From assembly GCF_001194135.2 (NCBI RefSeq), contig NC_068984.1:8225278-8265979 (forward strand): a stretch of DNA of 40,702 nt. The letters run 5' to 3'. This stretch comes from Octopus bimaculoides (taxonomy: Eukaryota). A program made the position numbers and the translations under genes. The notes beneath the pieces are model-generated. The model was not told the DNA's origin. It made no database searches and saw nothing but the letters and a program-made list of their open reading frames with translations. Shown piece by piece: positions 35,830 to 40,702 of this stretch. The stretch's first letter is position 1. Every line of letters begins with the position of its first letter.

Positions 35830-36308
35830 GCCAGATTCAAGATCTCCACTTTAAGATTTTCTTACTTAGAACCACGGGCGTTTAACATTTTCGATGAAGA
35901 ATCTCAGGTTCGGGTTTGATTAGTCGATATCCTGGAACTATTTTGGGATATAAAACTGTTTTGTTTTCTTCTCACTCTCACTTATTTTGATTGCACTAAA
36001 TTTATCCTCTAGATTTATGTTCCCACTGCGTAGAGATTTAAAAGATTACTTTTATTATTCGAACCGTTGCTATTTATTATCATTTTGTTCTTTCGCTGAG
36101 AAAATACATGTTTGCATTATATATTCTTTACTATAATATTTTTGCTTATAATAAATGAAAAGATCTGTCTTTTCATGTGATTTCGTTTACTGGGATCCAA
36201 ATTTATTTTCTTCTCTAATATTTATTCTGTGAAAGATTTTTTTGTAGTGGTAGAGTTTAGCTACAATGCATACACACATACATACATATATACATACATA
36301 CATATACA

Positions 36309-36341
<33 letters not shown>

Positions 36342-36352
36342 CACACACACAC

Positions 36353-36417
<65 letters not shown>

Positions 36418-36539
36418 ATGCGTGTTTGTGTATGTATGTATATATATGTGTGTATATATATATATATGTATATATTTAAATATATGTATGTGTATATATT
36501 ATACGCACGCACATATACACACATAACACTTTAACTCTT

Positions 36540-38610
36540 TAACTAGTCCCAGCTTGAAAGTTCTGGTCACGCTGGTGCACCAGAGCATGTTCCTGATCTC
36601 AACATTAACCATTGCTTGAAGCATTTCAGAATCGCTCCAATGCATGAGCAGCACGGATGTCACTCTTGGGGTCGGCAAGTGACCTGTGCTCTTGACACAG
36701 ATGTTGCATACATGATTGGTTCCAACAATCACAGCCACCTGTTAGTCATCCTCCACATTCATGTATCCCTTCAACCCCCCAGCTGTTAGGAAAACCTTGC
36801 TGGATTCATGTCATATTGTTAAGCTGTGTATGGTGCAATGCGAGTCGACTCTGTACATGGCTTCTTTTGTTGCTCTTCATCCCCGCTCTGCTGCAGCAGA
36901 CTCTCTCACATTCATTACCTGTAAGCTCACTCTAGTCTCCTAATTTACTGCAAGTCTCATATCCCCATGCTTTCTTTCTAACATGCCTCTCCGTCTCCTC
37001 GAGCTATTTCGAAGTTCTCACTTCCGTTTTATTTTGCTTTCCTCCATCATGTCCGAGCAGATTCAGTTTCCTTTTCGAGATGTTCGATTTCTTCAGGGAT
37101 GTCTTTATGCAGTCTTTGAACTTCAGCTTAGGTTTATGAGATGGACCCTAGCCATTCCTCGGCTCACCGTACAAGAGTTGCCACGGAGTCCTGCAGTTCT
37201 CCATTCTCATTAAGTAACCCACCCATCGGAGTCAGTGCTGCGAAATATTTGATTCAGTATTTCGACAGTGAATTTTTTTCAAGGACCTCAACATCACTCA
37301 CGTTTATGTTCCAAAGCAAGCCCAAGATGCGACGTAGACACTGCTGCTGGAAGCACTCTAAATGTTTCAAATATTTAAAGTAGGTTACCTTAAACTCACG
37401 AGTTTACAATATGGAGGACAACTCACTCGTTATATAAATCTTCATTCTATATAACGAGTATGTAGTTTTAGTAGAAATATCCCGTAGAGCCACTGGCGCT
37501 TTTCGACCTTTCCGAAAGTATCACTGGCTCTGTTGATCCGCAGCGAGATCGTATTGTCCAGGATGCATGGCATACTAAGTGAGCTGCCAAGATACACAAA
37601 CTTCATTACAATTTGAAATGTTTGACTTTATACTTGGAAATCTGGTTCCAAATATGACCCTCCTGGCACAGAATGGTGTAAACCAACAGTCTCTTTAAGA
37701 CTTATTGTCAGATCAAGTGGAGAACGAGAATTAGAGAAGGTGTCCTTGATATGTTGCTTGTGTTCTTGAGTGTGAGCTAAGAGACCACAGATACCTACGT
37801 AGAGAAATAATCTTAGCAATGAGGACTTGCCTTTTGAGTCTCTACTGAAGCGTCTTATATTGAAAAGTTTCCCAGCTGTACGGAATTTGATATGTGTTCC
37901 ATATGAACATCCACTGAAATCCATCACAAACACCATTGTAAAATACAATGAAAGCAGCATTGGCGCTAGAATAGCGCCTTGTTTGACATCATTGTTCACA
38001 GCAACAGGATCTAATACATTCCCACCATGTTGTCATGAAATAGATGGAAAAAGTGTCGCAAACTTATTTGGACATCCAATGTTCCTAGTATATTCCAGAC
38101 AGCCTCTTCGTTTATTGTGTGAAACGCATTTATCCGGTCATCAAACACTTGAAATAGATCTTTGTTCGATAAACTTTTCCTCCAGTTGCGTCGCTATTTA
38201 TATCATATCGGTTGTACCGTTTCCTCATCTAAAACCACAACGATGATCCTGGAAGAACACCATCAACGAAGTATAAATGCATTCTCTCCAGCATAATCCT
38301 ACACAAGATATTGCTGGTAGTAGAAAACAATGATATCCCTCAATATTTGCCACAGACGTCTTTCCGACTTTTTCTCTTATGCAGTACAACCATGTGGAAT
38401 TATCACATCGTCACAAATCTTCCGTAAGAGAGAAGTAAGGCTAAGCACTAAACTATGATCTGCGAGCTTTAAGAACTTCACATGCAAACCATCCATACCA
38501 GGGGAGTTACCATTGTCCTGTTCGTTAATAGCTCATTTGACTTCTGCAGGAACATCTTTGTCAGGCCTGCGTAGTATTGACTCAATGAATATTTGATTAA
38601 CCTCTATCGG
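36540..38610 (-). mobile_element. 5'-truncated RTE-clade LINE (~2 kb): decayed RT plus C-terminal C2H2 finger array
   Basis: Minus-strand motifs in order: GNSPGMDGL, GISLF, GTTDMI...QLEEK, GCPNKF, VKQGAILAPMLLSLYF...FRTAGKLFNIRRF...LTISLKET, KFVYLGSSLS, QQQCLRRIL, QLLYGE, KLKFKDCIKTSLK, then the zinc fingers. Confidence 0.92.
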
Positions 38611-39360
38611 TCAATTTTTACATTTCGTCACAATATCGTTAACATGCATGTGTAGAAAATTATTCCTTTCGTATCCATCGTTACTTTCTAAATTGTGTTT
38701 GAGATATTCAGTGGTTAATATCCTGCATCTATTCAGATTTTAAAATCACTTCTTAATACTTCATTGGTGTACAATTTCCAGGCGAGGGAAAATTTTAATG
38801 CAAATATTAGTTGGCTCATGTGCTTACTGGTTAGTGTGTAAATATGTATGTGCGTGTAAATGTGTGTGTGTGTGCATATGTGTGTGTGTGTGAGTATGCG
38901 CATATGTGTGTGTGAATGTGTGTGTGCGTGCGCGTGTGTATGAACACCAAAGACATCGATAGCGAGGTGAATAGCCGTCACTTTCTTGGGATAATATAGG
39001 AGAAAATTGGTCAGTGCTGACGTAACATTCGTTGGCATGTGGTCGGATGAAGACGCCATATATATACAAATTCTTATAACCAAACAGTCCTACGAAATAT
39101 CTCCAGATGTATATCCATGCAGCGTTTGATGCACTGAAGTCTTAAGACACAGAATCCGGGGAATGAAGTCCTGCTACAAGACATTTGGAGATAAAAGATA
39201 CTTAAAGGGAAATTGTCTAGAAAATCTGAACGGAGAAATGAGAAACTCAGGCGTCGGTGGATCTTAAATCAAAACTGCAGCATGAGGTGACACAGTAAAC
39301 AACCGTGGAGTAAATGGGATGGGGCGGTGTGTGTGTGTGTGGGGGGGGGGTATCACTGCG

Positions 39361-39370
39361 NNNNNNNNNN
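39361..39370. other. Assembly gap (10 N) with duplicated flank
   Basis: 39329-39360 is repeated at 39371-39402. Confidence 0.95.
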
Positions 39371-39907
39371 GTGTGTGTGTGTGGGGGGGGGGTATCACTG
39401 CGTTTTCATTTCCAAGTTTCAACGAAAAACCCAGAAACTCTAGCCCACATTTACAACCGTTTACGGTAGTATGGAGGTGGTAAAAAAGAAAATGACTCAC
39501 AGCATCAGCTATAAATGCGGCAAGCTAACTGTAATGGAACTTCCCCAGAAGTTTTAAGTAAGAGATACCACAGAAGACCAGCACGTGATGTAGGATTTCA
39601 GAAACAGCTGAATAAATGGGAAACAAATGAAGAAGTATTCGAGCTACATTTCTCGTAAAATGGAGATGATTTCTGACGAGGAGGAATCTGTTTTAGGAAA
39701 GAGATGGCATCACGCGTGAAGGATTGCTGTTATTCGATGTGGAGAAATTCAATTGACCAGAATGCCATTCTCAGGTTTGGTGACAGAAAATAACCTCAAA
39801 TCTCAAGGGTCCTTTGTTGATATTTTTGCAGAATACAGGATGGTACTTGCCTGCCGGTCGAAAAGACGTGTCTCTTGTTCAATATCCTTCAAACTCATAC
39901 GTTTCAC

Positions 39908-39933
39908 ATTACCATCACCACCATCACCACCAC

Positions 39934-39964
<31 letters not shown>

Positions 39965-40078
39965 GACGCTACCGTCGACTTCATTATCGTCACCACCATC
40001 ATCATTTTCATCGCCGTCGTCACCTTCTTCCTCCTCATCATAATCGTTGTTGTCGTCGTCGTCATCATTATCAACATC
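39908..40078. repeat. Mixed trinucleotide tract (CAC/CAG/CAA/CAT/CGT)
   Basis: Read directly from the sequence. Confidence 0.9.
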
Positions 40079-40702
40079 AGCTTATGGAAACGACGTTACC
40101 TAATCCAAAACCTTTAGGGAGTTCTCGAGCGGTATTTTTAAAAAACATTTCTCCCCTTTCTTTAAATTGTTATTTAATAGAGTACCATGCAGAATATAAG
40201 CTTTTCCTCTCACAGCTACTTTTTAAACCTCACCTGTGGAATGTTTTCTAAGCAATTCTTTGATTTCGGTTTAAACATTTATTACTATTATTAAATATTT
40301 TTGCTTCTCTTTATACTTCATTGTTGCGGTAGTCGTTGGCGCCAACGGCTTCTAAGTCGCAGTCACTAGTCATTCTTATATTTCATATAGATATCGTTGA
40401 ACGATTGTATCTGCAATTGATAATCTTAAATATATTTCCCTGAAATTATGTAGCTGATTTCTATCAGTAACAATATAATTATAGACGACGGCACTTGCTA
40501 TTTCCAGTAATCAATAGAGTCTAGGTCAAATATATAGTGGTGCTCTTTGCTTACAAACCGATTAACACTTATCGACTAAATCTCACTGATGTTGTTTTCG
40601 ACCCACACATATACCTATGGCGAAGCGCGTGCATAGGGATGCACACAAATGAGCAAACATACGAACACACGGAGTAATATGTAGTATATATATATATATA
40701 TA

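Noticed and set aside
39329-39402. 32-bp direct repeat
   Set aside because: Identical sequence on both sides of a 10-N gap indicates an unmerged contig overlap, an assembly artefact.
39672-39705. CTGACGAG...GAAA hammerhead-like core
   Set aside because: No stem II pairing and no stem I or III.
40334-40347. 14-bp palindrome CGTTGGCGCCAACG, and TTGGCGCCAA at 13024-13033 (E2F-like)
   Set aside because: Short, with no promoter context; cannot be separated from chance.

Overview
AT-rich, microsatellite-dense eukaryotic scaffold with seven N-gaps. The SINE families and repeat landscape point to an octopus (coleoid cephalopod) genome; this is an inference. No protein-coding host gene can be supported, so the window looks intronic or intergenic, with one possible 59-bp exon. 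It is a mosaic of decayed mobile elements: about 18 tRNA-derived SINE copies of three families, three clear RTE-clade LINE remnants, an R4/Dong 3' end sitting in a (TAA)n tract, two mariner remnants, one Tc1 remnant and one Chapaev/Transib-like transposase remnant. The most interesting observations are: (1) three minimal type I hammerhead-ribozyme-like motifs with palindromic stem III, two of them in a 187-bp direct repeat with a 521-nt period (Penelope/retrozyme-like); (2) an RTE LINE whose ORF ends in a decayed array of at least three tandem C2H2 zinc fingers; (3) six long inverted-repeat structures, including a 1.1-kb inverted duplication, a GATA/TATC-capped 362-bp foldback and a TTAA-flanked 1-kb element. 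All alignments and folds were done by eye.
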